A DNA stretch of 32,000 nt, from NCBI GenBank assembly GCA_000008885.1, contig BA000021.3, forward strand, positions 210,001-242,000, given 5' to 3'. Below the pieces are notes generated by a model. It ran no database searches. It was not told the origin of the DNA and was given only the letters and a program-made list of their open reading frames with translations. Position 1 is the stretch's first letter. Each line of letters begins with the position of its first letter. Both the position numbers and the translations under genes were made by a program. The DNA is from Wigglesworthia glossinidia endosymbiont of Glossina brevipalpis (GTDB lineage: Bacteria > Pseudomonadota > Gammaproteobacteria > Enterobacterales > Enterobacteriaceae). Shown piece by piece: positions 1-9,520 of the stretch.

Positions 1-94
1 AAATCATATGAAAAAATAATAAATAAAATAAACTTAATTTTTAATATTTAATCATAAAATTTTAAATATTGCCAAATAGGCTTTTATTTAATAT

Positions 95-119
95 CTTTAA
101 ATTTTTGAAAAATTTAAAG
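95..119. repeat. Perfect 25-nt palindrome (12-nt arms CTTTAAATTTTT / AAAAATTTAAAG around a central G), function unknown
   Basis: Read directly: 95-106 ctttaaattttt, g at 107, 108-119 aaaaatttaaag, which is the exact reverse complement. It lies about 140 nt downstream of the rlmB stop. In DNA this AT-rich a palindrome of this size may arise by chance. Confidence 0.6.
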
Positions 120-257
120 TATTATATTTTATTTAAATAAAATTTTAGATATTTATCTTATTCAAATTTATAAAAATTTAAATTTTAATATATCTAATTT
201 TTTAATTTAAATATTCATTAATATTATTATTTTTTTTTAAAAAATCAAACAAATAAT

Positions 258-1010
258 TTAACTAACATTAAATTTATTTAAATAATTTTTGCGAATAATT
301 TCAAATATACAAATTCCAGTTGCTACTGATATATTTAAAGGTAAATTATTTTTTACGGTAGGTATATTTAATATATTATCGCAATTTTCTTTTACCAAAC
401 GGCTTATTCCTAAATTTTCTGATCCCATTACAACGGCTATTGATTGTTTTAATTTTTTATTACAAATATCTAATTGTGCTTTTCTAGAAGTTCCAATAAT
501 TTGTATATTATATTTTTTTAATAAATTTATTGTACGCACTAAATTAGTAACATAAATTAATGGAATAAGATCTAGTGAACCACTAGCCACTTTTTTTACA
601 GCAGAACTAATTTTTGCAGATCTATTTTTTCTAATAATTACAGCTTGGACTCCAAATATATAAGCTGATCTAATACATGAGCCTAAATTTCTTGGATCCA
701 TAATACCATCTAATATCAAAAAAAAGTAATTTTTTTTATTTTCAAGCATTTTTAATAAAAAAGGTTCTTTTAAAATTTTAGAATTTTTAATATAAGCTAC
801 AATTCCTTGATGTTTTTTATTATTTGTTATTTTATTTAAAAATTTTTTATCAACAAATTTGATTTTAATATTTTTTTCATTAGAAATTAATATTAATTTT
901 TTAAATTTAATATCTTTTCTAGATTTAAGAAAAAGAATGCATAAAATTTTATTTGATTTGTTTTTAATAAATTCTTCTATTACATGAATCCCATAAATAA
1001 TTTCATTCAT
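258..1010 (-). CDS. rlmB: 23S rRNA (guanosine-2'-O)-methyltransferase RlmB, SpoU/TrmH family
   Basis: 250-aa ORF. N-terminus MNEIIYGIHVIEE matches E. coli RlmB MSEMIYGIHAVQA. SpoU motifs are present: FFLILDGIMDPRNLGSCIRSA, VVMGSENLGISRL and LNISVATGICIFE. Length is close to the E. coli protein. Confidence 0.9.
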   Translation of the reverse strand: MNEIIYGIHVIEEFIKNKSNKILCILFLKSRKDIKFKKLILISNEKNIKIKFVDKKFLNKITNNKKHQGIVAYIKNSKILKEPFLLKMLENKKNYFFLILDGIMDPRNLGSCIRSAYIFGVQAVIIRKNRSAKISSAVKKVASGSLDLIPLIYVTNLVRTINLLKKYNIQIIGTSRKAQLDICNKKLKQSIAVVMGSENLGISRLVKENCDNILNIPTVKNNLPLNISVATGICIFEIIRKNYLNKFNVS

Positions 1011-1150
1011 ATTTATTTTTTAAAATTTTTTATAATATTATTATTTAACATTTTTTATAAAAATTTATTACTTATAACAACAAATATTAAAATTTAAACA
1101 TAAATTTAATATGTAATATGTTTTTATAAAAATTTAATTAATATAAATTT

Positions 1151-2455
1151 TTATTCAACTAATTTCTTATTTAATACAATAATATCATTTCTATCAGATC
1201 CAGTTGAAATAATTTCAATTGGAATTTTTATAATACTTTGTAATTTTTTTATATAATTTTTTGCTAGAATAGGTAAATTTTTAAAATTTTTAACTCCTTT
1301 AGTTTTAGACAACCATCCAGGCATAGATTTATATATAGGTTTCGCTTTATTCCAATCGTCTATATTAGAAATATTATCCAATATTTTTCCATTTGGTAAA
1401 ATATATGAAGTGCAAATTTTTATTTCTTTTATATTATCTAATACATCTATTTTAGTTAAACAAAATCCTGAAAAAGAATTTATTTGTATAACTCTTTTAA
1501 CAGCAACTGCATCAAACCAACCGATTCTTCTTTTTCTTCCAGTTGTAGATCCAAATTCTTTTCCTTTTTCTAATATAATATTTTTTGTTTCATCAAAAAT
1601 TTCTGTAGGAAAAGGTCCATTTCCAACTCTAGTAGAATATGCTTTTATTATTCCTAATATATATTTAATACTAAATGGAGATATTCCTGTGCTTGAAATA
1701 ATTCCACCAACAGTTGTATTAGAAGATGTTACATAAGGATATGTTCCGTAATCAATATCTAAAAGAGCACCTTGAGCTCCTTCAAATATAATAGATTTAT
1801 TTTTTTTGTTAATACTGTTCAAATAACTTGGTATATCTATTGATATATTATTTAATAATTTAGATTTATTAATTAATTCATTAAAAATTTTTTCGTGATT
1901 TACAGGTTGTTCTTTATAATAATTTATTAATTGAAAGTTATAATACTCAACTATATTTTTCAGTTTTTTTTTGAATTTGTCTTTGTTTATCAAATGATGA
2001 ATTCTTAAAGCTCTACGAGCAATTTTATCTTCATAAGCCGGGCCAATTCCACGATGAGTAGTTCCAATACTATCTATTTCTTTTTTTTTTCTGTTTTTTT
2101 CTCTAGCTACATCCATAGAAACATGGTATTTTAAAACTAATGGACATAATTCTGAAATTAATATTCTATTTTTTATAGAAATTCCTTTTTTTTCTATCAT
2201 ATTAATTTCTTTTACTAAATCGATTGGAGAAATTACTACTCCACTGGATATAATATTAATAGTGTTTTTATTTAGAATGCTAGATGGCAGTAAATGTAAA
2301 ACAGTTTTTTCTTCTTTAATAACTACTGTATGACCTGCATTATTTCCTCCTTGGCATCTTACTACATAGTTTATATTTTTTGACAAGAAATCTATAACTT
2401 TTCCTTTTCCTTCATCGCCCCATTGAGCTCCTAAAACTATAATGTTTTTTTTCAT
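1151..2455 (-). CDS. purA: Adenylosuccinate synthetase
   Basis: 434-aa ORF with the P-loop VLGAQWGDEGKGK, plus GGNNAGHT, GTTHRGIGPAYEDK, YPYVTSSNTT and GSTTGRKRRIGWFD. It is colinear with E. coli PurA over the full length. Confidence 0.96.
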   Translation of the reverse strand: MKKNIIVLGAQWGDEGKGKVIDFLSKNINYVVRCQGGNNAGHTVVIKEEKTVLHLLPSSILNKNTINIISSGVVISPIDLVKEINMIEKKGISIKNRILISELCPLVLKYHVSMDVAREKNRKKKEIDSIGTTHRGIGPAYEDKIARRALRIHHLINKDKFKKKLKNIVEYYNFQLINYYKEQPVNHEKIFNELINKSKLLNNISIDIPSYLNSINKKNKSIIFEGAQGALLDIDYGTYPYVTSSNTTVGGIISSTGISPFSIKYILGIIKAYSTRVGNGPFPTEIFDETKNIILEKGKEFGSTTGRKRRIGWFDAVAVKRVIQINSFSGFCLTKIDVLDNIKEIKICTSYILPNGKILDNISNIDDWNKAKPIYKSMPGWLSKTKGVKNFKNLPILAKNYIKKLQSIIKIPIEIISTGSDRNDIIVLNKKLVE

Positions 2456-2679
2456 TTTTTATATTTTCAATAATAAATATTTTTTATAAAATAGAATTAT
2501 ATTTTTTTATTTTGTTCAATTAATATATTAATGCTTGATTGTTAAAATTTTTAAAAAATATTTATATTATTTATAATATTCTATGTATATTTTATATTAT
2601 TTTAAACAATTAAAATATTTTTATTAATTATTTAATAAATAATATTCATATTTTTTATGAAATAAAACATTTATATATT

Positions 2680-4812
2680 TTAATTTTGATCTTTTTTAAT
2701 AGATTGAATAGCGGTTATAGCTATAGTATATACTATATCATCTATGCTAGCTCCTCTAGATAAATCATTTACTGGCTTTTTTATGCCTTGCAAAACAGGA
2801 CCTATACAAATTATATTTGATGATCTTTGCACAGCTTTATATGTAGTATTTCCTGTATTTAATTCAGGAAATATCAAAACTGTTGCTTTTCCCGCTACTT
2901 CAGAAAAAGGAGCTTTAGATTTTGCAACACTTTTAACTGTCGCAGCATCATATTGTAAAGGACCATCTATAACTAACTTAGGATAACTCTTCTTTGCAAT
3001 TAAAGTTGCTTGTCTGACTTTTTCAACACTTTCTCCTTGCCCAGAATATCCAGTAGAATAAGAAATCATAGCTATTTTAGGATCTATTCCAAATTGGATT
3101 GCAGAATTATGAGATTGAAAAGCAATTTCTGATAATTGTTTAGAATTCGGATTGATATTAATAGCACAATCTCCATATATTAAAGTTTGTTCTGGTAATA
3201 GCATAAAAAAAATTGAAGATATCAAAGAATGCTTAGGATCAGTTTTGATAAATTGAAATGCTGGTCTAAGAGTGTCTGCTGTAGTAGTTGTAGCTCCTGA
3301 AACTAATCCATCTACTATCCCTTCGTTTAACATAAGAGTAGCTAATACAATATTTTTATTTATTTGCTTTCTTGCTGAAATTTCTGATATGCATTTTTTT
3401 TTTCTTAAATTAATAATATGAGAAATATATTTTTCACGTATTTCTACAGGATTTATAATATCAATATTTTTTTCTATAGTAATTCCATTCAAACGAGCTT
3501 TTTCTAAAATATTTTTAGGATTGCCTAATAATATGCAATGAGCAATATTTTTTTTTGAACATATGTTTGCAGCGCATAATATTCTAATTTCTTCTCCTTC
3601 TGGAAGGATAATACTTTTCTTTGTATAACGAGATAACTGTAAAATATTATATTGAAATATTTCTGGAGAAAAAAATTTTTTTTCTTTTTTTTTTAAAGAA
3701 AAATTAGAAATCCAAATATCTGAAATATAATTAGAAATATAATTACTTATTTTAATAATATCATTAAATTTTTTGTAAAAATTAAATTTAAATTTTGTTA
3801 AATAATAAAAAAAATTTATAAAACTCATATTATTATATATAACTGATATCTTTTTTTTTTCTGCTATTTCGCAAAAAACTTTTATTTCATTTTCATTTTT
3901 GTCGCATCCAATAATTAGTATTGAGCTATAAAAATTATATTTTGATTCTTTTAAATGCATCAAACAAAATTTATTTATTTGTTTCTTAGATATCACTAAT
4001 AATGATTGTTTAAAATTATTTTTAAATATGTTTTCTTTATATACTTCACAAAATAAAATTGATTTTATGACATAATTATAATTCTTGTTTAAAAATTTTG
4101 CTTTAAAATGTTCTTTAATTTTGTATAGATATACAAAATAAAAATCTTCATTAAAAGGTATTTTTGAAATAATTGGTATAGATTTTTCATTTATCAATGA
4201 ACAGTTCTCATGATTATTTTTTTTTATTTCATATAAATTATCGTTCTTTAATAATCTTTTACAATCAATAGATTGATTTGAATTTTTTGTACAATCTAAT
4301 TCATTTAAAATAATCCCAGAAATTTTATTTTTCTTTTCAAATCCGAACTTAAAAGATAATAATTTAATATAATCCAAAAAATTTTTGTATAATCTTAATA
4401 TTAAAACTATTTCTGCATCTAATATTTTAGCTAATTCATAATTCAATTTTTCCAAAAATTCATAACCATTATATATATTGATTCCAGGAATTAAAACTAT
4501 TTCATTATTTTTTTTTTGTTTGTAAAAATTTTCAACTATTTTTTCTAATAAAAAATTTTTTTTGTTAGATGATAAAACATTTACTATATAATCAAAGGAA
4601 AATTGTTCTTTATGATCATTACCTTTTATATTATATTTTTTTAATGTATAATCAATAATATTGAAATTTTTTTTTGTATTATTAAAATATTTAAACGGTT
4701 GAAATACAGTAAATTTTATATTTTTTCTTTTAATGGCTTGAATTATTCCTGAAAATACGTAATTTAATCCAACTCTTTTTTCTAATGGAACGAATATAAT
4801 TGTACGAGACAC
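2680..4812 (-). CDS. pta: Phosphate acetyltransferase (long enterobacterial form with N-terminal regulatory domain)
   Basis: The C-terminal PTA_PTB domain is strongly conserved: ILPEGEE.RIL, VDGLVSGA..TTA.T.RP, IDGPLQYDAA, FPELNTGNTTYKAVQRS, KPVNDLSRGA and DDIVYTIAITAIQS. The N-terminal half is divergent and very AT-rich. The ORF track starts at a GTG at 4818. I prefer the second GTG at 4812 because it gives MSRTIIFVP (E. coli MSRIIMLIP) and sits 5 nt after an AAGAGG Shine-Dalgarno sequence. Confidence 0.93.
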   Translation of the reverse strand: MSRTIIFVPLEKRVGLNYVFSGIIQAIKRKNIKFTVFQPFKYFNNTKKNFNIIDYTLKKYNIKGNDHKEQFSFDYIVNVLSSNKKNFLLEKIVENFYKQKKNNEIVLIPGINIYNGYEFLEKLNYELAKILDAEIVLILRLYKNFLDYIKLLSFKFGFEKKNKISGIILNELDCTKNSNQSIDCKRLLKNDNLYEIKKNNHENCSLINEKSIPIISKIPFNEDFYFVYLYKIKEHFKAKFLNKNYNYVIKSILFCEVYKENIFKNNFKQSLLVISKKQINKFCLMHLKESKYNFYSSILIIGCDKNENEIKVFCEIAEKKKISVIYNNMSFINFFYYLTKFKFNFYKKFNDIIKISNYISNYISDIWISNFSLKKKEKKFFSPEIFQYNILQLSRYTKKSIILPEGEEIRILCAANICSKKNIAHCILLGNPKNILEKARLNGITIEKNIDIINPVEIREKYISHIINLRKKKCISEISARKQINKNIVLATLMLNEGIVDGLVSGATTTTADTLRPAFQFIKTDPKHSLISSIFFMLLPEQTLIYGDCAININPNSKQLSEIAFQSHNSAIQFGIDPKIAMISYSTGYSGQGESVEKVRQATLIAKKSYPKLVIDGPLQYDAATVKSVAKSKAPFSEVAGKATVLIFPELNTGNTTYKAVQRSSNIICIGPVLQGIKKPVNDLSRGASIDDIVYTIAITAIQSIKKDQN

Positions 4813-4864
4813 ATACACCTCTTGATATATATTGAAATATAAAATATTTTAAAATTTTTTATAT

Positions 4865-6064
4865 TTATGTAAAAATAATAGATTCTTTAGCTATCACTAG
4901 TTCTTCATTAGTTGGTATAACTAAAGCAGGAATACTATTAGAATTAGTAATAATACCTGAACGACCTAATCTAATTTTAAAATTTTTTTCCTTATTTATT
5001 TCAAATCCTAAAATTTTAAGTTTATTTATTAATAATTCTCTCATGTTATATGCATTTTCTCCAATTCCTCCTGTAAAAACTATCCCATCTAATTTATTTT
5101 CTAACAAAGTAATATATGCTCCAATATATTTGGACAATCTATTGCAATATATTTTCATTGCTCTTTTTGCTATTTTATTTTTTAAAAAATTATCTTCAAT
5201 ATATCTAAAATCACTACTAATGTTTGTTAATCCTAATAAACCAGATTTTTCAGAAAATATTTCTCTAATTTCTTTGACTGAAATTTTTAATTTTTCATGC
5301 AAATAAAAAATAATAGATGGATCTATGTCTCCGCATCTAGTGCCCATAACTATTCCTTCTAAAGGAGTTAACCCCATAGATGTATCTATACATTTTCCAT
5401 TTAAAATTGCAGAAACTGATCCTCCATTACCAAGATGGCACGTAATTAAATTAGATTTTTCAATAGGAATGTTTAATATATTTGATGCTTTTTTGCTTAC
5501 ATAAGAATGGCTTATTCCATGAGCTCCATACCTACGAATATTATATTTTTTATAAAAATAATATGGTATTGCATATAAATATGAATCTTCTGGAATAGTT
5601 TGATGAAATGCTGTATCAAAAACTGCTACATTTTTATTTATAAGATTTGGAAATATTTTAAAAGATTCATATATTCCTATTAAATGAGCTGGATTATGTA
5701 ATGGAGCAAATGGAATTGAGTCCTTTATATTTTTTAATATTTTTTCGTCTATTATTGTAGATTTAGTACATTTAATACCCCCGTTTACAATTCTATGTCC
5801 TATTCCTACTATTTTTTTTAAAATATCTTTTTTGTGTTGTAAAATTTCATTTACAATAAATCTTAATGCTAGATTATGATCCGAATATTCATTTAAGCTT
5901 GATTCATGATACGATTTATCAATTTTCCATTTTACTGAAGATTCTTTTAATTTCAAACATTCTGCTATACCAGAAATATATTTTTTTTCTGTTTTTGGAT
6001 CTATAACAGAAAATTTTATCGAAGAACTACCACAGTTTAAAACCAAAATTAAATTTTGTGACAT
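4865..6064 (-). CDS. ackA: Acetate kinase
   Basis: 399-aa ORF with acetate kinase signatures: ILVLNCGSSSIKF, GHRIVNGG, AVFDTAFHQTIP, RRYGAHGISH, ITCHLGNGGS and FTGGIGEN. It lies directly upstream of pta, as in the E. coli ackA-pta operon, with an AAAGG motif upstream of the ATG. Confidence 0.96.
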   Translation of the reverse strand: MSQNLILVLNCGSSSIKFSVIDPKTEKKYISGIAECLKLKESSVKWKIDKSYHESSLNEYSDHNLALRFIVNEILQHKKDILKKIVGIGHRIVNGGIKCTKSTIIDEKILKNIKDSIPFAPLHNPAHLIGIYESFKIFPNLINKNVAVFDTAFHQTIPEDSYLYAIPYYFYKKYNIRRYGAHGISHSYVSKKASNILNIPIEKSNLITCHLGNGGSVSAILNGKCIDTSMGLTPLEGIVMGTRCGDIDPSIIFYLHEKLKISVKEIREIFSEKSGLLGLTNISSDFRYIEDNFLKNKIAKRAMKIYCNRLSKYIGAYITLLENKLDGIVFTGGIGENAYNMRELLINKLKILGFEINKEKNFKIRLGRSGIITNSNSIPALVIPTNEELVIAKESIIFT

Positions 6065-6231
6065 AAAATACCTTTAATTTAATTAAAAATATTAAAGTAT
6101 TAACAATATATTTTATAAAAACAAATATTTTAATTAAATTATTATAGGAAATATATAATTTAACATTAACCTTATTTATTATGAATATAAATATTTATTT
6201 CAAATAAAAATATTTATTAAATAATATTTAA

Positions 6232-7659
6232 CTATTTATTAATATTTTTACTTTTAAAAATATATATAGCTTTTTTGCATGCTTTAAAAAAATTAATTTT
6301 AGCTGTTTTATGTTCAATTATTTGATTGGGATAATTGATTTTATTTTTAATAATCCAATTATAAGGCTCATGAATTTCATTAAAAGGAATATTTTTTAAT
6401 TCAGGAATCCAAAATTTTATATATTTATAAATTGATTTAAATTTTTTGCTTTGAGTAATTGGGTTTATCATCCTGAAATAAGGAGACGAGCAAATTCCGG
6501 AAGAGGATATCCATTGCCAATTAAAATTATTTATTGCAGAATTCCCATCTATGAGATGGTAATAAAAATATTTTTCTCCTATCTTCCAATCTACTAACAA
6601 ATCTTTTACTAAGAAACTTGAAGTAATCATTCTTAATCTATTATGCATCCATCCTGTTTTTTTTAATTGTCTCATTGCCGCATCTATAATAGGAAATCCT
6701 GTCGTTCCATTTTTCCAAGCCTGTATTTTTTTTATTTTATTTTCCCATTTTATATATTTAGTCCATTTTATTAATTTTTTTGAATCAAAAAAATCAGAAT
6801 ACTCTATTATTAAATGATGACAGAATTCTCTCCAAATTATTTCACTAAACCATTTAAAATGACCACTATTTTTTTTTTCAATGAAATCAAAATTATTATT
6901 TTTAATATTATTAATACATTCTCTGAGAGATAAAACTCCAATATTTATATATGGTGATAAAAAACTAGTTGAATTAATACAAAAATCACGTGTAATGTGA
7001 TATTTATTTATTTTTAATTTAATAAAATTATTTAATTTATTTAGTGCATGTTCTTCATAACATGGAGATAATTTTTTTTTAATTTTAATACTATCATTAT
7101 AAGATTTTATCAAATTTAATTTATTTTTACGAATTTTTGGAAAAGGAATAATATTTATATTATTATTAGAAATAAATGATATACAACTTTTCAAAAAATA
7201 AGAATATACTTTATATGTTTTTTTGTTTTTATTTTTTATTTTTTCAGGATCAATAAGCAAATTCCCATTAAAACAAATACATTTAGTTATTTTTTTTAAT
7301 TTTTTAATTATTATTTTATCTTCTTCTAAATCTTCTTTTTCTATGCCTTTGTTAAAATATAATTCTTTCACTTTGTTTGTATAACAAAAATTATATAATA
7401 AGCAAGTATATTCAAAAAAGTCTCTGCATGTATAAAAAATTAATTCAATTCCTATCTTTTTGAGATTTCTTTTTAAAGAAAATATATTTTTATACATAAA
7501 TCTAATTCTATTTTTAGATACTATTTTTTCGTTCCATTTTTTTTTGTTTAAAATTAAGATTCCTGATGCTGATTTATACTCATCAACACAAGCATAATAT
7601 AATGCAGGATTGTCATTTAATCTTAAATCTTTTCTAAACCAAATTAAATTATCTATCAT
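6232..7659 (-). CDS. phrB: Deoxyribodipyrimidine photolyase (class I CPD photolyase)
   Basis: 475-aa ORF with N-terminus LIWFRKDLRLNDNPAL. The FAD-binding region is conserved: IIWREF, W.NG.TGFPIIDAAMRQLKKTGWMHNRLRMITSSFLVKDLLVDW, NNFNWQW and PYFRMINP. It is full length relative to E. coli PhrB. Confidence 0.93.
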   Translation of the reverse strand: MIDNLIWFRKDLRLNDNPALYYACVDEYKSASGILILNKKKWNEKIVSKNRIRFMYKNIFSLKRNLKKIGIELIFYTCRDFFEYTCLLYNFCYTNKVKELYFNKGIEKEDLEEDKIIIKKLKKITKCICFNGNLLIDPEKIKNKNKKTYKVYSYFLKSCISFISNNNINIIPFPKIRKNKLNLIKSYNDSIKIKKKLSPCYEEHALNKLNNFIKLKINKYHITRDFCINSTSFLSPYINIGVLSLRECINNIKNNNFDFIEKKNSGHFKWFSEIIWREFCHHLIIEYSDFFDSKKLIKWTKYIKWENKIKKIQAWKNGTTGFPIIDAAMRQLKKTGWMHNRLRMITSSFLVKDLLVDWKIGEKYFYYHLIDGNSAINNFNWQWISSSGICSSPYFRMINPITQSKKFKSIYKYIKFWIPELKNIPFNEIHEPYNWIIKNKINYPNQIIEHKTAKINFFKACKKAIYIFKSKNINK

Positions 7660-7959
7660 AAATATATTAAATTATTTTATCTATATAAAAACAAAGTTTT
7701 AATAATTTTTAAATATAAGGTTTAAAAATATTTTTAAAATAAAATCAAAAACTTAATATAATATTAAGTTTACTAATTCAAAAACTTTTAATATAATTTT
7801 TTATAAATAAAAATCAATTAAAAATAAACAATATTATATTATAAATTTTTATAAAAGTTATTATTTATTAATACTTAAATTAATTAATTATTTTTCATAA
7901 ATTAAAATTAATTTTAATAAAAGTTTTAATTCTATTTTGTATGATTTAGAATATATTTT

Positions 7960-8928
7960 ATGAATGAAAATAAATGCACAGATAAAATAAATAATTTACC
8001 AAAAGCTATTTTTATTATGGGTCAAACAGCAGTTGGAAAAACTAAAATTGCAGAAATTTTGAAAAAAAAATTACCAGTAGAAATTATAAGTGTTGATTCT
8101 GGATGTATATATAAAGGAATGAACATAGGAACAGATAAACCTAATGTTAAAAAATCAAGTTCAGATAAATATCACTTGATTGATATATGTGAACCAAATG
8201 ATTATTATTCAGTTGAAAATTTTAGATTAGATGCATTAAAAATAATGGAAAAAATTTCTAAAAAAGGCTTAATACCATTATTAGTAGGAGGTAGTATGTT
8301 CTATTTTAAATCATTGTTACATGGACTATCTAATTTACCTTCATATAATATTGAAAATAAAAATCTTTTAAAAAAAAAAATAAATGAAATAGGGTGGTAT
8401 AAATCTTATATTTTTTTAAAAAAAATTGATCCTATATTTGCTTCAAATATTCATCCTAATGATCATTACAGATTAACAAGAGCTTTAGAAATATATTTTT
8501 CTTCAGGGAATATTCCAACTAATTTATTTAAAGCTAAGACAAAAAAACTAGAATACAATATACGTCAATTTTCTATTATGATTTCTGATAAAAAGATTTT
8601 ATATAAAAAAATTAAAGATCGTTTTTTTAATATGTTAAAGAATGGATTCAAAAAAGAAGTTGAGTTTTTAAAAAATAAAAAACAAATAAATAAAAATATG
8701 CCTTCAATGCGTTGTATAGGATATAAACAAATGCTTGCATATTTATCTGGAGAAATAAATTATAAAGAAATGATATTATTTACCATTAGCGCAACTAATA
8801 AACTCGCTAAAAAACAATCAACTTGGCTAAAAAAATGGAAAAATATAAATTATATATACAATAAAGATGTTTATATTTCCTCTGAAGAAATATTTAATAT
8901 TCTAAAAAAAGATAACTTTATTGATTAA
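7960..8928 (+). CDS. miaA: tRNA dimethylallyltransferase
   Basis: 322-aa ORF with [16 protein letters not shown] (P-loop), [49 protein letters not shown] and CIGYKQM. It lies directly upstream of hfq, as in E. coli. Confidence 0.95.
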   Translation: MNENKCTDKINNLPKAIFIMGQTAVGKTKIAEILKKKLPVEIISVDSGCIYKGMNIGTDKPNVKKSSSDKYHLIDICEPNDYYSVENFRLDALKIMEKISKKGLIPLLVGGSMFYFKSLLHGLSNLPSYNIENKNLLKKKINEIGWYKSYIFLKKIDPIFASNIHPNDHYRLTRALEIYFSSGNIPTNLFKAKTKKLEYNIRQFSIMISDKKILYKKIKDRFFNMLKNGFKKEVEFLKNKKQINKNMPSMRCIGYKQMLAYLSGEINYKEMILFTISATNKLAKKQSTWLKKWKNINYIYNKDVYISSEEIFNILKKDNFID

Positions 8929-8986
8929 ATCATACAAATTAATTAATAATTTTATAAAATTTACAACAATTTATCAGGAAATAAAA

Positions 8987-9250
8987 ATGGCTAAAGGACA
9001 GTCTTTGCAGGATCCTTTTTTAAATACTTTACGTAGAGAGCGTATTCCAGTTTCTATTTATTTAGTAAATGGAATAAAGCTTCAAGGGTATATTGAATCT
9101 TTTGATCAATTTGTTATTCTTTTAAAAAATAGCATTAGTCAAATGATATATAAACACGCTATTTCTACAGTGGTGCCAAACCATACTAATAATCAAGAAC
9201 ATAATCAATCTCAGTATAATAATAATAATGCATGTATTTCTAAACCTTAG
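8987..9250 (+). CDS. hfq: RNA chaperone Hfq
   Basis: [64 protein letters not shown] is nearly identical to E. coli Hfq residues 1-65. I place the start at the ATG at 8987 (AGGA about 9 nt upstream), not the ORF-track ATG at 8921, whose 22 extra residues have no homologue. At 87 aa the C-terminal tail is shorter than the 102-aa E. coli protein. Confidence 0.95.
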   Translation: MAKGQSLQDPFLNTLRRERIPVSIYLVNGIKLQGYIESFDQFVILLKNSISQMIYKHAISTVVPNHTNNQEHNQSQYNNNNACISKP

Positions 9251-9520
9251 TAATAAAATGAAAATTATTAATATATAAATTTTATGAAAATTATATTTAA
9301 AATTTATAAATTAATTAATTAAGATAATAATTTGTTTAGGCAGAAATAAAAATTTTATATAAAAATATTTTACAATAAAATATAAATTATGTAAAAATTT
9401 ATTCCAAACATGTTATTTTAAATTATTAATTTATAATGAAATTAATATTTAGAATTAAAAATTATTAATAAATTTTTAATAAAAATAAATTTTAGTATAT
9501 TAAAATTAATGGAGTATAAA

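Noticed and set aside
8921-8986. A 22-codon upstream extension of hfq from the ORF track (start 8921, overlapping the miaA stop).
   Set aside because: The extension has no counterpart in Hfq proteins. The internal ATG at 8987 gives the canonical [14 protein letters not shown]-terminus and has an AGGA upstream.
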